Below, one piece after another: positions 48,887 through 58,344 of a DNA stretch of 64,000 nucleotides (the stretch's first letter is position 1; the number at the start of each line of letters is the position of its first letter). Below the pieces are notes generated by a model. The model did no database searches. It was not told the DNA's origin and worked only from the letters and a program-made list of their open reading frames with translations. A program made the position numbers and the translations under genes. The stretch is from Bdellovibrionales bacterium (GTDB lineage Bacteria; Bdellovibrionota; Bdellovibrionia; Bdellovibrionales; JAGQZY01), in assembly GCA_031426555.1 (NCBI GenBank), contig JANPLN010000015.1:128001-192000 (forward strand), written 5' to 3'.

Positions 48887-51109
48887 CTAACAAAAGACGT
48901 TATTGATGTCGACACCAAAGCCTGGCACCTTAAAGCTCTCAACAACATCTTCGCCGTAAACAGTAATTTTTAAATTATTTTTTTTCGAAAGTCGCAAAAG
49001 AGAATTCATAAAGGTGACGCCCGAGGCGCGTAATGCATCCATATTCCATCCCAGCATGGCGAGACTTGGCGTATAATTGAAACAGTTGCTGTACCAGAGG
49101 GCGACATGCAGGTTTTTGTACTTTTCTAATTCAGTCATTAAAAGCTCGGAGGAACTCACGATATTGGTTTGAAGGTAAGTTTTTTTAAGGGGTTTGATCT
49201 GGTTGAAAGTTTTTAAAAAAAGAGTTTCGTTCCCCCAAATTTCTAGCTCCTGCTCCCATTTGCAGAGCAACTGATCTCGATCCACTGTCATAAGTTTATT
49301 TTCGAATATCTCGGGCCTGCGGCTTTCGAGCTGCCGCCAAAACGCGGGAAAGTCTTTGCCATCCCACTGAGTATAGAATTCTTTTTTTATTTCCAGCATG
49401 CTTTGGTTAACGTCGAAGTAAATAAATTGAGCGTTTTCGTTAAGCTGATGTCTTTGGGTGAGATGCATATCCATCTGCCCCGCAGGCAAACCGACGTACA
49501 AATCAAATTTTTTAATGCGGTCTTCCTGGTAGGGGGAGCGCGCCTGTTCCGTGTTGAATAAGAAAATTTTTTTATCGAGCCCGTAGGCCTCGATATGCAG
49601 GCTCTCAAAAATTTCCTCTTGGTGATCGCTGAGTTTATTTTTATTTCTGAGTGCTTCTAACGGCTGCTGAATTTGGTTAAATCTTTCTAGGAGTGAACTT
49701 TGATTTTGCTCAGGGTATAAAAACTGTTTTTTTTCTCGAAGATCGTTGGGAAAATTGACCAATTCGTAATTTGCGGACAGGGCAGCCCTTACCCAATTCC
49801 AACCAAACAGTTGTGGGCGAAAGGTCTGCGAACCCGGTGCTGTACGTAAATACAAAGGAGTGTAGTCATCATGCACGTTTTCGGCGCTTCGTTCAGCCAG
49901 AGGTAATTTTTGAGACTGAGTGGGACCGCCAAAGTGAGGGCGTCCCAATTTTTCCCAGAGCTCAACATTAATAAAAAAGGCCTGCGCATGCAGTCCAAAC
50001 CATCGGTCAGCTCGATCGAGAAGATGTCCGACTAAAAAGACATTTTCGGAAAGATCGCGCAAAAAAGTTCTGGCACACGAATAAAACTGATCTTTTAATA
50101 GAGTTCCGGGTGTACAGACAAATGCCCACTTGGTGCCCATTTCGGAACAACGAGCCAGTAAGTCTGAAAGTTGCACACCCGCAGATAGCCGATGTTGTCG
50201 ATTGGCTTTCAGTCGCATAAAATGTTCTGTGATATTTGCACACTTATTGAAGAGGTCTGCGTTTGAAATTTCTGGATTGTATTTCCAGAGAATATTCGCG
50301 AAGGCGGTAGGATCTGGTTTTTTCTCGTTGATCATCGGAGTTTTAACGATCGAGTGCTTACTGAGTTCCCGGCGCCTTAGGCTGACGCTTTCAGCAATTT
50401 TGTTATAATAATTCGCACCATAGCGTCCGTGTAAAATAAGATGAACGCGCGTTTCTTTCGAAAAATTCCATACTCCGTGTTGATTGGAAATATCGACAGC
50501 ATATCCGCTGCCGGGTTCAAAGGGAACTGTTCCCCAATTTTTAAAAACCCAGTGGCATTCAGGTGGCATATTCAAGGCCACGTTCAGCGGACCCAAGGAT
50601 TTGTTATGATCATCGCGATCTTGATGGAAGTTAATTCGACCACCAGGTTCAAGGTACATAAAGCGAACCCGATGAAATCGCTCGAAATGCTCAGTTTGCA
50701 GGAGGTCTTTTAAAAAGCGTGTTGTTTCAGGGCACTGTTCACTGATTTCTGTCCATCGATAAGGTGCTTCCAATTCCGAAGAGTAGCCATATCGGTCTGA
50801 GGAAAGCGTTTTATCCGAAGCAATGCCATGCAGGCATAAGCTCTTCCAGCCGTAGTTGTCTTTGGAGCGGTGACCCACGGCGCGTGACTCCAGCTCCAAG
50901 GCTTCTTTGAGCATTTGCTCGTGGCTAAAAGCGGGAAGAGAAAGTTTTAAAAAGGGAATCTGCAATTTTTTATGAAGTTCTTGACCAGAGATGCCATCGG
51001 CAAAAAGCTTTATTCGTTCCGCTGTAAAGGCCTCTGTCATGGCGTTTAGCGGCAAGTAAGTATCGACCACGAATTGCTCGCTGACGGAATCAGTTAGAAT
51101 CTCTTGCAT
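48887..51109 (-). CDS. Multidomain protein: Asp/Asn beta-hydroxylase-like domain fused to an uncharacterised transferase-like region
   Basis: N-terminal GWKSLCLHG..RVRFMYLEPGG..FHQD..HGVWN; middle VGHLLDR..LHAQAFFINVELWEKLGRP; C-terminal FNTE/WDG/WYSN region. Confidence 0.75.
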   Translation of the reverse strand: MQEILTDSVSEQFVVDTYLPLNAMTEAFTAERIKLFADGISGQELHKKLQIPFLKLSLPAFSHEQMLKEALELESRAVGHRSKDNYGWKSLCLHGIASDKTLSSDRYGYSSELEAPYRWTEISEQCPETTRFLKDLLQTEHFERFHRVRFMYLEPGGRINFHQDRDDHNKSLGPLNVALNMPPECHWVFKNWGTVPFEPGSGYAVDISNQHGVWNFSKETRVHLILHGRYGANYYNKIAESVSLRRRELSKHSIVKTPMINEKKPDPTAFANILWKYNPEISNADLFNKCANITEHFMRLKANRQHRLSAGVQLSDLLARCSEMGTKWAFVCTPGTLLKDQFYSCARTFLRDLSENVFLVGHLLDRADRWFGLHAQAFFINVELWEKLGRPHFGGPTQSQKLPLAERSAENVHDDYTPLYLRTAPGSQTFRPQLFGWNWVRAALSANYELVNFPNDLREKKQFLYPEQNQSSLLERFNQIQQPLEALRNKNKLSDHQEEIFESLHIEAYGLDKKIFLFNTEQARSPYQEDRIKKFDLYVGLPAGQMDMHLTQRHQLNENAQFIYFDVNQSMLEIKKEFYTQWDGKDFPAFWRQLESRRPEIFENKLMTVDRDQLLCKWEQELEIWGNETLFLKTFNQIKPLKKTYLQTNIVSSSELLMTELEKYKNLHVALWYSNCFNYTPSLAMLGWNMDALRASGVTFMNSLLRLSKKNNLKITVYGEDVVESFKVPGFGVDINNVFC

Positions 51110-51194
51110 TGAAAGTCGTCCCCCGGTGTTTCTGTGAAAAATAGTAGAGCGATTTTAGAAAAAATGATATTAAATTTAAGCGAAGGGAGCGTAT

Positions 51195-52079
51195 TTGCTA
51201 AGCCAATTTTCATTAAATCCAAACCTCAAAAACCCCTTTGTCGAGTTTGATTTGACTCACTCGGATATTTTGGCACCGAGTCGAGAGCTCGTAGATAGTT
51301 TACAAAATAACTTCGAAGATGGGAACATTCTGATTATTGAGGGGTTGGTCCCCGAATCGTTAGAATATTTTTTAGATCAGCCGGCGGTGCGTTTTTCGGA
51401 ATGGGTTCCCCCGGTCGAAGATCATGAAATTTTAAACGACAACATTCTTTCGACCCACCCGTTCTGGGCTTTTTATCCCCACGAGCCTACGATTCGTCGT
51501 TTTCAGCACCACCTGCGTCTCTTTCAGGAAAGTTGGGAGCCATTACAGAAAAACCTGTTTCCTCGATACGAATATAAGAGGCGCTACTGGAGCTGGCGCA
51601 TGAATCAAATGGATTTGGGCTATCTTCATCTTGATGTTCCACCTTTGTACAAAGAGCACCAAATGCGGAGCTTTATGAATTTGAGTCGCAGAGCAAGAAT
51701 CATTGAGGTCGGGCCAAGTTTAGAGAGCTTGATCGCAAAATACTATTCCTCTGAAAAGCTGGATGAGCTAAAGCATCTGAACGCAACAGATTACCTGCAG
51801 GAAATTAAGAGTCGTTTGTTTAAAAAATTGAAGCTCGATGAACATTATCTTCCCCGACACGTCTTGCGTTTGGCTCCCGGGGCAATTTGGATCAGTCATT
51901 CGTCGCTCATCACCCATGGCATTGTTTACGGCGAAAAAACTGTTTGTTTGGAAACAAGAATACCGGCCGAGCAAATTCGAAAAAAAGAACGAATTTTTAG
52001 TAGAATTTTAGAAGATGTGAAACACCAGAGAAGTTCCACTTGCGACGATTTTAAGGTGCATCAAGCACAGTCTCCTTGA
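51195..52079 (+). CDS. KdoO (Kdo hydroxylase)-like Fe(II)/2OG oxygenase
   Basis: FEDGNIL, LFPRY, SWR, LHLD, MRSFMNL..R.IEVG, PGAIWI..S..ITHGIVYG. Confidence 0.6.
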   Translation: MLSQFSLNPNLKNPFVEFDLTHSDILAPSRELVDSLQNNFEDGNILIIEGLVPESLEYFLDQPAVRFSEWVPPVEDHEILNDNILSTHPFWAFYPHEPTIRRFQHHLRLFQESWEPLQKNLFPRYEYKRRYWSWRMNQMDLGYLHLDVPPLYKEHQMRSFMNLSRRARIIEVGPSLESLIAKYYSSEKLDELKHLNATDYLQEIKSRLFKKLKLDEHYLPRHVLRLAPGAIWISHSSLITHGIVYGEKTVCLETRIPAEQIRKKERIFSRILEDVKHQRSSTCDDFKVHQAQSP

Positions 52080-53310
52080 GTTCAAAGAGCGGCCCAAGCT
52101 CGGGGACGACGTCTAACAGCGCTGTCCCACGCATTTTATCAAGCTCAGAGTTGAAGTCGCAAAACTGCGAAATCAATAATGATTTTTTTTGCGAACTAAA
52201 GACTTCTTTTTTTAAACTGGCTCGAATCAATTGCTTTCCCGAATCCCCCAGCAAACGACGACCAGAGTGATGTGGGCCCTCCAAAATTTTTGAATTTTCG
52301 AGCCGTTGCAGAGCGAGCTCTTTCATTTTTTGCGGTAAAATTTGGAAGTTAAGATAAGCGGGGCGGACAACTGCATTTGAAAAAGTAATTTCATCGTGCG
52401 GTTGGTAGACTTTTTCGAACCAGTCCCATAGCTCATCAAGTTTGAAGATGTTATAAATTGACACTGCGGCTGTAAACATCACCGTTAACTGCGGAATTTT
52501 TCGAAATTGTAGCAAATTTTTTTCGAGGTCTTCGATAGAAAACTTATCGCCCCCTCGAATGTATCGATAAAGCTCTCCAGCGCCGTCGACACTCACGTAA
52601 AGGTCGATCTGTTTGAAATGCGACATAAGCTTTAGCAGCTGTGGAGTCACCATTGTGCCATTTGTGGAAATATCTAAAATCACTTGCGGTGCGATTTCCC
52701 ATTCAACCAATTTTTCAAGCACCTTTACGCCTTCAGACTCGAGCAAGGGTTCTCCACCGCGGAGGGCGACGTACGCCAAATTCTTAAAAATTTGCCGATT
52801 GGAAAATAGCTTTAAAATACTTTCGAGTTCTAGTTTTTCGGATCGTAGACCATCGGGTCTGTTGAGGCGGGAGCCAAATTTGGCAATGAGTTCACGGTCC
52901 TCGGCAAGCCAAGACGTGGATGAGACGGAGTTGCACATACGGCATTTTAAATTGCATTTGTTGGAAAGATTTAAGTCGAGATATTGGAGGTTTATTTCAC
53001 GATCATTCTTCTGCGGAAGTTCTAAGTTAAACCTACGAAGTGTGTGTTCAAAAAAAATCCGCCGAGAATGTCCAAGAGTTGCCTCTTTTTTTGCACAGTT
53101 ACCACAGGCGGAAGAAAATTTTTGCTCTTGCATCTCCGAGCGCAAGGTTTGAAATTCAGAACCCGACAGAATTTCTTCTAGAGATTGCGTTAAAATATTA
53201 CCATAGGGCTTGGCGTACTGGGCATCGGGCCCAACGTCTCCGTTGGGTTTTACCGACAAAGCCAGCCAGGGCGCAAGACAAGGAAGGGAGTTAGGAGGTG
53301 TAATCTTCAA
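52051..53310 (-). CDS. N-terminal twitch/SPASM radical SAM protein #2
   Basis: CLAPW..KPNGDVGPDA, CGNCAKKE..G.SRR, CNLKCRMC, GGEP, SVDG; start inferred at TTG after a G-rich RBS. Confidence 0.88.
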   Translation of the reverse strand: MKITPPNSLPCLAPWLALSVKPNGDVGPDAQYAKPYGNILTQSLEEILSGSEFQTLRSEMQEQKFSSACGNCAKKEATLGHSRRIFFEHTLRRFNLELPQKNDREINLQYLDLNLSNKCNLKCRMCNSVSSTSWLAEDRELIAKFGSRLNRPDGLRSEKLELESILKLFSNRQIFKNLAYVALRGGEPLLESEGVKVLEKLVEWEIAPQVILDISTNGTMVTPQLLKLMSHFKQIDLYVSVDGAGELYRYIRGGDKFSIEDLEKNLLQFRKIPQLTVMFTAAVSIYNIFKLDELWDWFEKVYQPHDEITFSNAVVRPAYLNFQILPQKMKELALQRLENSKILEGPHHSGRRLLGDSGKQLIRASLKKEVFSSQKKSLLISQFCDFNSELDKMRGTALLDVVPELGPLFELKETVLDAP

Positions 53311-54373
53311 GCCCCCCTGTGCGGCGAATATCCAAAGTGACGCAATGAATGGCGCCGTCCCAAAAATACTGATGGCGAAAGTTCCAAGGAATAGCTTCGA
53401 CCCCATGATGTTTAAGTTTGTCGAACACGTCCTTGTTATAGCCATTGGTGATCACACACTTTTCAGACACACTAAACATGTTGACATCAAAAACTGTTTC
53501 GTCGACGTAGCCAATCCATTCTTTCAGCCACTGTTGAACAAAGTCTTTGTAAAAGCGTTGCTTTTTGATCTTCTGAAAATATTCAGGAAATGGATTGGGG
53601 CTGTTCACTTGAATGATGTCCCAATTAGAAAGAGCTTCTGGAATATGTTTTGGGTTCCAAGCAATAACTAGGCCTGGCTTAAGCAGGGCAATTTTTCCGT
53701 CGAGATGCCCTGCGCAGGGCGCTGCCTGAAAGCGGTAGGTGTCTCCTAACTCCTGCTGCAGCCACTGGATGCCGCTGGGAGTTCCCTTTCCTTTTTCAAC
53801 CCATTCGCCGTCACCCGCGTGGCTGTAAAAAATGTCTTTGCCACACTTCAAAAGATTTGCAGCGTGAAAAAGAATTTTTTTATCTTCAAAGAGATCGTAC
53901 GTCGAAGGGTGTTCTGTAAAGAAGGGAGCGGGCATCGACGTCCAGCGCGCTCCTTGGTCAAAATAGTCTTTAAAAAGAGAATAGTAAGCCCAATTTTCCA
54001 AGTAGCGGTTGGCGCTTTTCGTGTACGTTTGGATCAATTGATTTCCGGCCACTAGCACGGTGTCTCTGGGCATGAGGGGATGATTTGGAAACGTAAAATC
54101 AAAGAGGTTGAGATCTAGAGTTCGCGCTTTGCCGGTGTTTGTGCCCAATTCAAACAAAGTGGATGGGCGTCGGACTTTTACGCCAAAGCTTTCAAATATC
54201 TGAACGAGCTTCTGTAAATCTTCTTCGGTTTCACTAAGAATCCGATCGATTCCGTCACGCAACTCGTTATCTTGGGAATAAGCAAAAGAACCCGGTGGAT
54301 AGGCTTGGCCGACAAGAACTTCCTCCAGAGGCTGAAATTCTGAGAAAATAGAAATAGGACAGTTTGTGGTCAT
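53291..54373 (-). CDS. Glycine/inosamine-phosphate amidinotransferase-family protein
   Basis: SEFQPLEEVLVG, GVKVRRP, MPRD, FHAAN, HLDG, FDVN, GAIHCVTLDIRR. Confidence 0.88.
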   Translation of the reverse strand: MTTNCPISIFSEFQPLEEVLVGQAYPPGSFAYSQDNELRDGIDRILSETEEDLQKLVQIFESFGVKVRRPSTLFELGTNTGKARTLDLNLFDFTFPNHPLMPRDTVLVAGNQLIQTYTKSANRYLENWAYYSLFKDYFDQGARWTSMPAPFFTEHPSTYDLFEDKKILFHAANLLKCGKDIFYSHAGDGEWVEKGKGTPSGIQWLQQELGDTYRFQAAPCAGHLDGKIALLKPGLVIAWNPKHIPEALSNWDIIQVNSPNPFPEYFQKIKKQRFYKDFVQQWLKEWIGYVDETVFDVNMFSVSEKCVITNGYNKDVFDKLKHHGVEAIPWNFRHQYFWDGAIHCVTLDIRRTGGLEDYTS

Positions 54374-54930
54374 GGTGAAAGCGTATTTTCTGCGGCGGCC
54401 CCAGCCAAGTAGCGTTGGTAGTATTCCCCTCTGCGGCCAACCACTTCGTTATAATAATCCTGCGGCCAGTGATCATAGTACCCTCGGATTTTTAACTCTG
54501 CAGATGCCGCTACAAGGCTGGAAAGCCGCTGAATCATAAAGATCAGCAATTGCCCGTGATTCAGAGAAAACCCATCGATGACCTCGGGGAGCGAGGGATG
54601 ATCGTAAAGAGTCCAAAGGTTTTGACTATAAAATTTTTCGCGCAGACTGGAAATAATGAGTTGCACTTCGATGGGGTCACAATTTTGCCAATCCGCCACC
54701 GCGAGGATGGAAACCTCTGTGGTGCTATCTTTATTAAAGTTCATCAGCTGCAGATGGAGAGCGTCTTTAAAAGTTTGCGAGGTCGCTTCGGCTATTTGAA
54801 TTTTATTTTTAAAAAATGCATCGCGCGCGAAGGGGCACGGCGGAATGTTGCCGAGGAAAGACAACGGTGAAGACAGCCGTGTTTCAATCCATATTTTAAT
54901 AGAATTATTTAAATCCAAATCCGTCCCCAC
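54370..54930 (-). CDS. Hypothetical protein (DUF1415-like CPFA motif)
   Basis: WI...L..PPCPFAR, DHP, QRLSSL..AS..L..GYY..W. Confidence 0.6.
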   Translation of the reverse strand: MGTDLDLNNSIKIWIETRLSSPLSFLGNIPPCPFARDAFFKNKIQIAEATSQTFKDALHLQLMNFNKDSTTEVSILAVADWQNCDPIEVQLIISSLREKFYSQNLWTLYDHPSLPEVIDGFSLNHGQLLIFMIQRLSSLVAASAELKIRGYYDHWPQDYYNEVVGRRGEYYQRYLAGAAAENTLSP

Positions 54931-54968
54931 CGGTTGAAAAGTAACAACAGTATGCTAATTTAAGTCCC

Positions 54969-55931
54969 ATGATAAGATCACCAGAACAAGGCTTGACCTC
55001 GAGCGTTACCGAGCCACTTCACGAGCGCCTTCTGACTAAAACAGGTAACGCTGTTTATAACGATGATGTTCGAGTGTTCCTCGGCAAAAATATTGCGAAC
55101 TGGTTTTCCAACGACGAGCAGTTTGGCTCTATGGTGGACACCGAGAGCTATATTTGCGAAATGAAGACGTGGATTCGTTCGAGCCAAAGCTGCACAGTGC
55201 TTGGTCTTGAAGACTTTGAGGTGGGCTGCGTTAGTCTCGGCGTCACACAAGCCCTCGATCAATTTCATTATGATATTTTACAAAGTGGGCGTCGCTTGCG
55301 CCTGCTGCGGGGCGAGTATCCTTATCACCGCGACGTGCACCCATTCTGTTTTGAAACAGATTTTATTGACGATGCAGCTCTCACTCCGGGGGACGCGGTG
55401 ATCATCAGTTTTCCTTTCAGTGCCAGCGGAAACGAACCGCCGCGGCTGACTGAAATTCTTGATAGTTGTTTGCGTTTGGAAGTGCCGGTATTTTTAGATC
55501 TGGCTTGGTTTGGAACCTGCGGTGATCTGGTTTTCGATTTGCGGCACCCGGCCATCACCCATGTCGCATTTTCACTCACCAAAGGTCTGACCTGTGGCAA
55601 CTATCGATCAGGTGTTCGATGGACACGAAAAAAAACCGACCTTTCCACCACAGATCGCTTATTGCTGCAACAGGAGTGGAATCACAGCGTACATCTCAAT
55701 CTAAAGATTGGCCGCGAGTTGATGAAAAAGTTTGGTCCAGATACCCAGTTTCATAAATATCGAACGGCGCAAATGAAAGTGTGCGAGCGTTTTTCCCTAG
55801 AACCCAGCCCCTGTGTGCATATTGCCACCTCCAAAGAGGACCGCTGGCGAGAGTTTAGCCGCGATGGAGTGATCCAGCGAATTAATTTGCGCGACGCGAT
55901 TAAGTTGCTGAATCGCGTACAAGCTGAATAA
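54969..55931 (+). CDS. PLP-dependent (fold type I) enzyme of unknown specificity
   Basis: GVTQALD, GEYPYH, SFPFS, LDLAWFG, FSLTKG (PLP lysine), RSGVR. Confidence 0.7.
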   Translation: MIRSPEQGLTSSVTEPLHERLLTKTGNAVYNDDVRVFLGKNIANWFSNDEQFGSMVDTESYICEMKTWIRSSQSCTVLGLEDFEVGCVSLGVTQALDQFHYDILQSGRRLRLLRGEYPYHRDVHPFCFETDFIDDAALTPGDAVIISFPFSASGNEPPRLTEILDSCLRLEVPVFLDLAWFGTCGDLVFDLRHPAITHVAFSLTKGLTCGNYRSGVRWTRKKTDLSTTDRLLLQQEWNHSVHLNLKIGRELMKKFGPDTQFHKYRTAQMKVCERFSLEPSPCVHIATSKEDRWREFSRDGVIQRINLRDAIKLLNRVQAE

Positions 55932-57128
55932 ATGAAGGCCATGCAGGTCACTCGTCAAACCAGCCCAACAATATGTCCGTTACCGTTTATGCACACCTAC
56001 ATTACGGCGAATGGTTCAGCCGTAGCCTGTTGTGAGTCACAGGAAAGTATTTTGTCGCCGTCAATCAACAACTTTCAGGCGATGTGGAACTCGCAGAATT
56101 ATAAAAATTTGCGTCAGTCGCTTTTGCGCGGTGAAAAACCCGAAGTGTGCCGTAAATGTTGGTCCAATGAAGAGATCGGAATGCCTTCCAATAGAGAGGA
56201 TATGTGGCGCGATCTCGAAAATGGTCTTTTTGGTGATCCGAGCCTCGCAGTGCAAGAAGATTTTTTGGTGAGCGAAACACCGGCGGCCATCGAGATCAAA
56301 ACCAATAACCTCTGCAATCTCAAGTGCCGAATGTGCCATCCCGAAAGCAGTCATCGCGTGGGAGAAGATAAAGAAATCATTGTGAAGTACAGAAAGAACC
56401 TACCTTGGTCGCAAACTGTGTTGAGCTCGGGTCAGACTGTGGGGGCGCTAATTTCTGAAGGGGATGCATTTTTTGAAAAATTATCAGTTGTTCAATACTC
56501 GGGTGGCGAGCCTCTTATCAGCGACGAGCAGCTCGAGTTGACGCAAAAATTAATGCAATTTGATCCTGGAAAAATTCATTTGCGCTACTCAACAAATTTG
56601 ACTCATCTGAGCTATAAGAAAACAAGCTATCCCGACATCTGGAAAAATTTCCAAAAGGTCCATGTGAAGGTGAGCATCGATGGTGTTAACGACGTCTACG
56701 ACTACATTCGTGTTGGTGGTCATTTTGAAAAAGTTGTGGAAAATATCAAACGACTGCAAGACTTTCAGCTCCCAAACCTGCAGCTGAGCATCGGTTTTAC
56801 GACTCAAGCGTACAATGTATTTCAGCTCCCAGAATTTCTCGAGTATTTCGAAAAAATAGTGCCGCGAAACTCGATCACCACCCATCTACTGCATTCACCC
56901 AAAATGATGATGGTGGATGTTTACCCACCGGCTATTCGAGAACGTCTGATTCACAAACTGCAGAGCCGGAGAGCTGACATTAACAACGTGATTGCGGTTC
57001 TCCAAAAATCCACACCAGAGGCTTCGTATTGGACTGCTCTTTGTAATTATACGCAAGAATTGGAAAGCAAATATTCCGTCAGTTTCGGCTTTCATTCTCT
57101 GCTCGACAAGTACTTAGCGGATTATTGA
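55932..57128 (+). CDS. N-terminal twitch-domain radical SAM protein #3
   Basis: ICPLPFMH..NG..ACC, CRKCWSNE..G..SNR, CNLKCRMC, GGEP, SIDG. Confidence 0.9.
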   Translation: MKAMQVTRQTSPTICPLPFMHTYITANGSAVACCESQESILSPSINNFQAMWNSQNYKNLRQSLLRGEKPEVCRKCWSNEEIGMPSNREDMWRDLENGLFGDPSLAVQEDFLVSETPAAIEIKTNNLCNLKCRMCHPESSHRVGEDKEIIVKYRKNLPWSQTVLSSGQTVGALISEGDAFFEKLSVVQYSGGEPLISDEQLELTQKLMQFDPGKIHLRYSTNLTHLSYKKTSYPDIWKNFQKVHVKVSIDGVNDVYDYIRVGGHFEKVVENIKRLQDFQLPNLQLSIGFTTQAYNVFQLPEFLEYFEKIVPRNSITTHLLHSPKMMMVDVYPPAIRERLIHKLQSRRADINNVIAVLQKSTPEASYWTALCNYTQELESKYSVSFGFHSLLDKYLADY

Positions 57129-57129
57129 C

Positions 57130-58344
57130 GTGTCGAAAGATTATTCCTGTCACTATTTAGAAAAATCGCTAACGCTTTTGCCCACCTCCGAAGTGCGTCC
57201 GTGCTGTCGTTTTGATGTGAGTCGCTATGATGTTAAAGATTTCACCTGGGATCATAAAAAACCCCTCGAAGAATTTTATACAAGCGCGCAATACAAAACG
57301 ATTCGACAACAAAGCCGAAGCGGCCAGCCCGTGGCCGGTTGCCACCGTTGTTACCGTGAGGAGGATTTAGGGATTAAAAGCATGCGGCAAAAAGATTTTC
57401 CAGGAGATGCTGCAAACAACTATGATGGAACCCTCAAAATTTCTATGATCGAGCTAGGCGTGGGTCGAATTTGTAATTTGAAATGTAGAACTTGTGATCC
57501 TTACTTTAGTACAAAGTGGGAGGCCGATGCGTTGGTCGCCAATAAGCCCATCCCCGACAAGGCATTGGATGTGGATCTCGATGCTCTCGATGTACAATTT
57601 TTTAGAAATACGCGATTTTTGAAGATCACTGGTGGTGAGCCTTTTTATCATCCGGCTTTTGAGACGCTCATTCATCGCCTGGTTCAAGAGGGACTGTCCG
57701 CAAATATTGACATCGAAATATTTAGCAACGCTACGAAAGTTCCTGTCGAGGTTTTTGTGGAAGCCTTGAAGCGTTTTCGCTCAGTAACGATGACTCTCAG
57801 CATCGACGGTTTGGGAGCTACGAATACATATCTTCGCCATCCAAGTCGGTGGAAGGACATCGAAAAAAGCGTCGATTTTTGGCGTGCTCTCAGGAGCAGC
57901 CAGACAGCACTGAAAGTTCAATTCGCAGTCACGGTTTCGGTTTTTAATATTTTAAGTCTCTTCGAATTATTCAATTGGCTCTACAAGATAGAAACAAACC
58001 AACCGGGGATCATTATTCAAAATGTACAGGACCCAACTCACTTAAATGTGTCCCATTGGCCGTTGCTCATTCGGAAAACGATTCAGTCGAAATTCTTACA
58101 GCAAAAAGAAACCTTCTTCGCAACCCATGTCGTAAACGCGACGCTTGCAAAAAGGATCGGGACCATCGAAAAAATGTTAGAATCTGCCATCGAACAAAAA
58201 AACGTCAGCGAACAGTTTTGGCAAGAAACCCTTGCATTAGATAAAGCGCGGAATGAATCCTTTGCTAAGGTATTTCCAGAGCTTTTTCAAATTGTCTCGA
58301 GCTCACTAAATGAAGAGTTCACCGAGTTCCGGAGCGGCATCTAA
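57130..58344 (+). CDS. N-terminal twitch-domain radical SAM protein #4
   Basis: SCHY..VRPCC, CHRCYREE..G..SMR, CNLKCRTC, GGEP, SIDG. Confidence 0.9.
   Translation: MSKDYSCHYLEKSLTLLPTSEVRPCCRFDVSRYDVKDFTWDHKKPLEEFYTSAQYKTIRQQSRSGQPVAGCHRCYREEDLGIKSMRQKDFPGDAANNYDGTLKISMIELGVGRICNLKCRTCDPYFSTKWEADALVANKPIPDKALDVDLDALDVQFFRNTRFLKITGGEPFYHPAFETLIHRLVQEGLSANIDIEIFSNATKVPVEVFVEALKRFRSVTMTLSIDGLGATNTYLRHPSRWKDIEKSVDFWRALRSSQTALKVQFAVTVSVFNILSLFELFNWLYKIETNQPGIIIQNVQDPTHLNVSHWPLLIRKTIQSKFLQQKETFFATHVVNATLAKRIGTIEKMLESAIEQKNVSEQFWQETLALDKARNESFAKVFPELFQIVSSSLNEEFTEFRSGI

Noticed and set aside
53311..53445. N-terminal extension of the 464-aa radical SAM ORF
   Set aside because: It overlaps the amidinotransferase C-terminus; homology to the paralogues begins near 53310.
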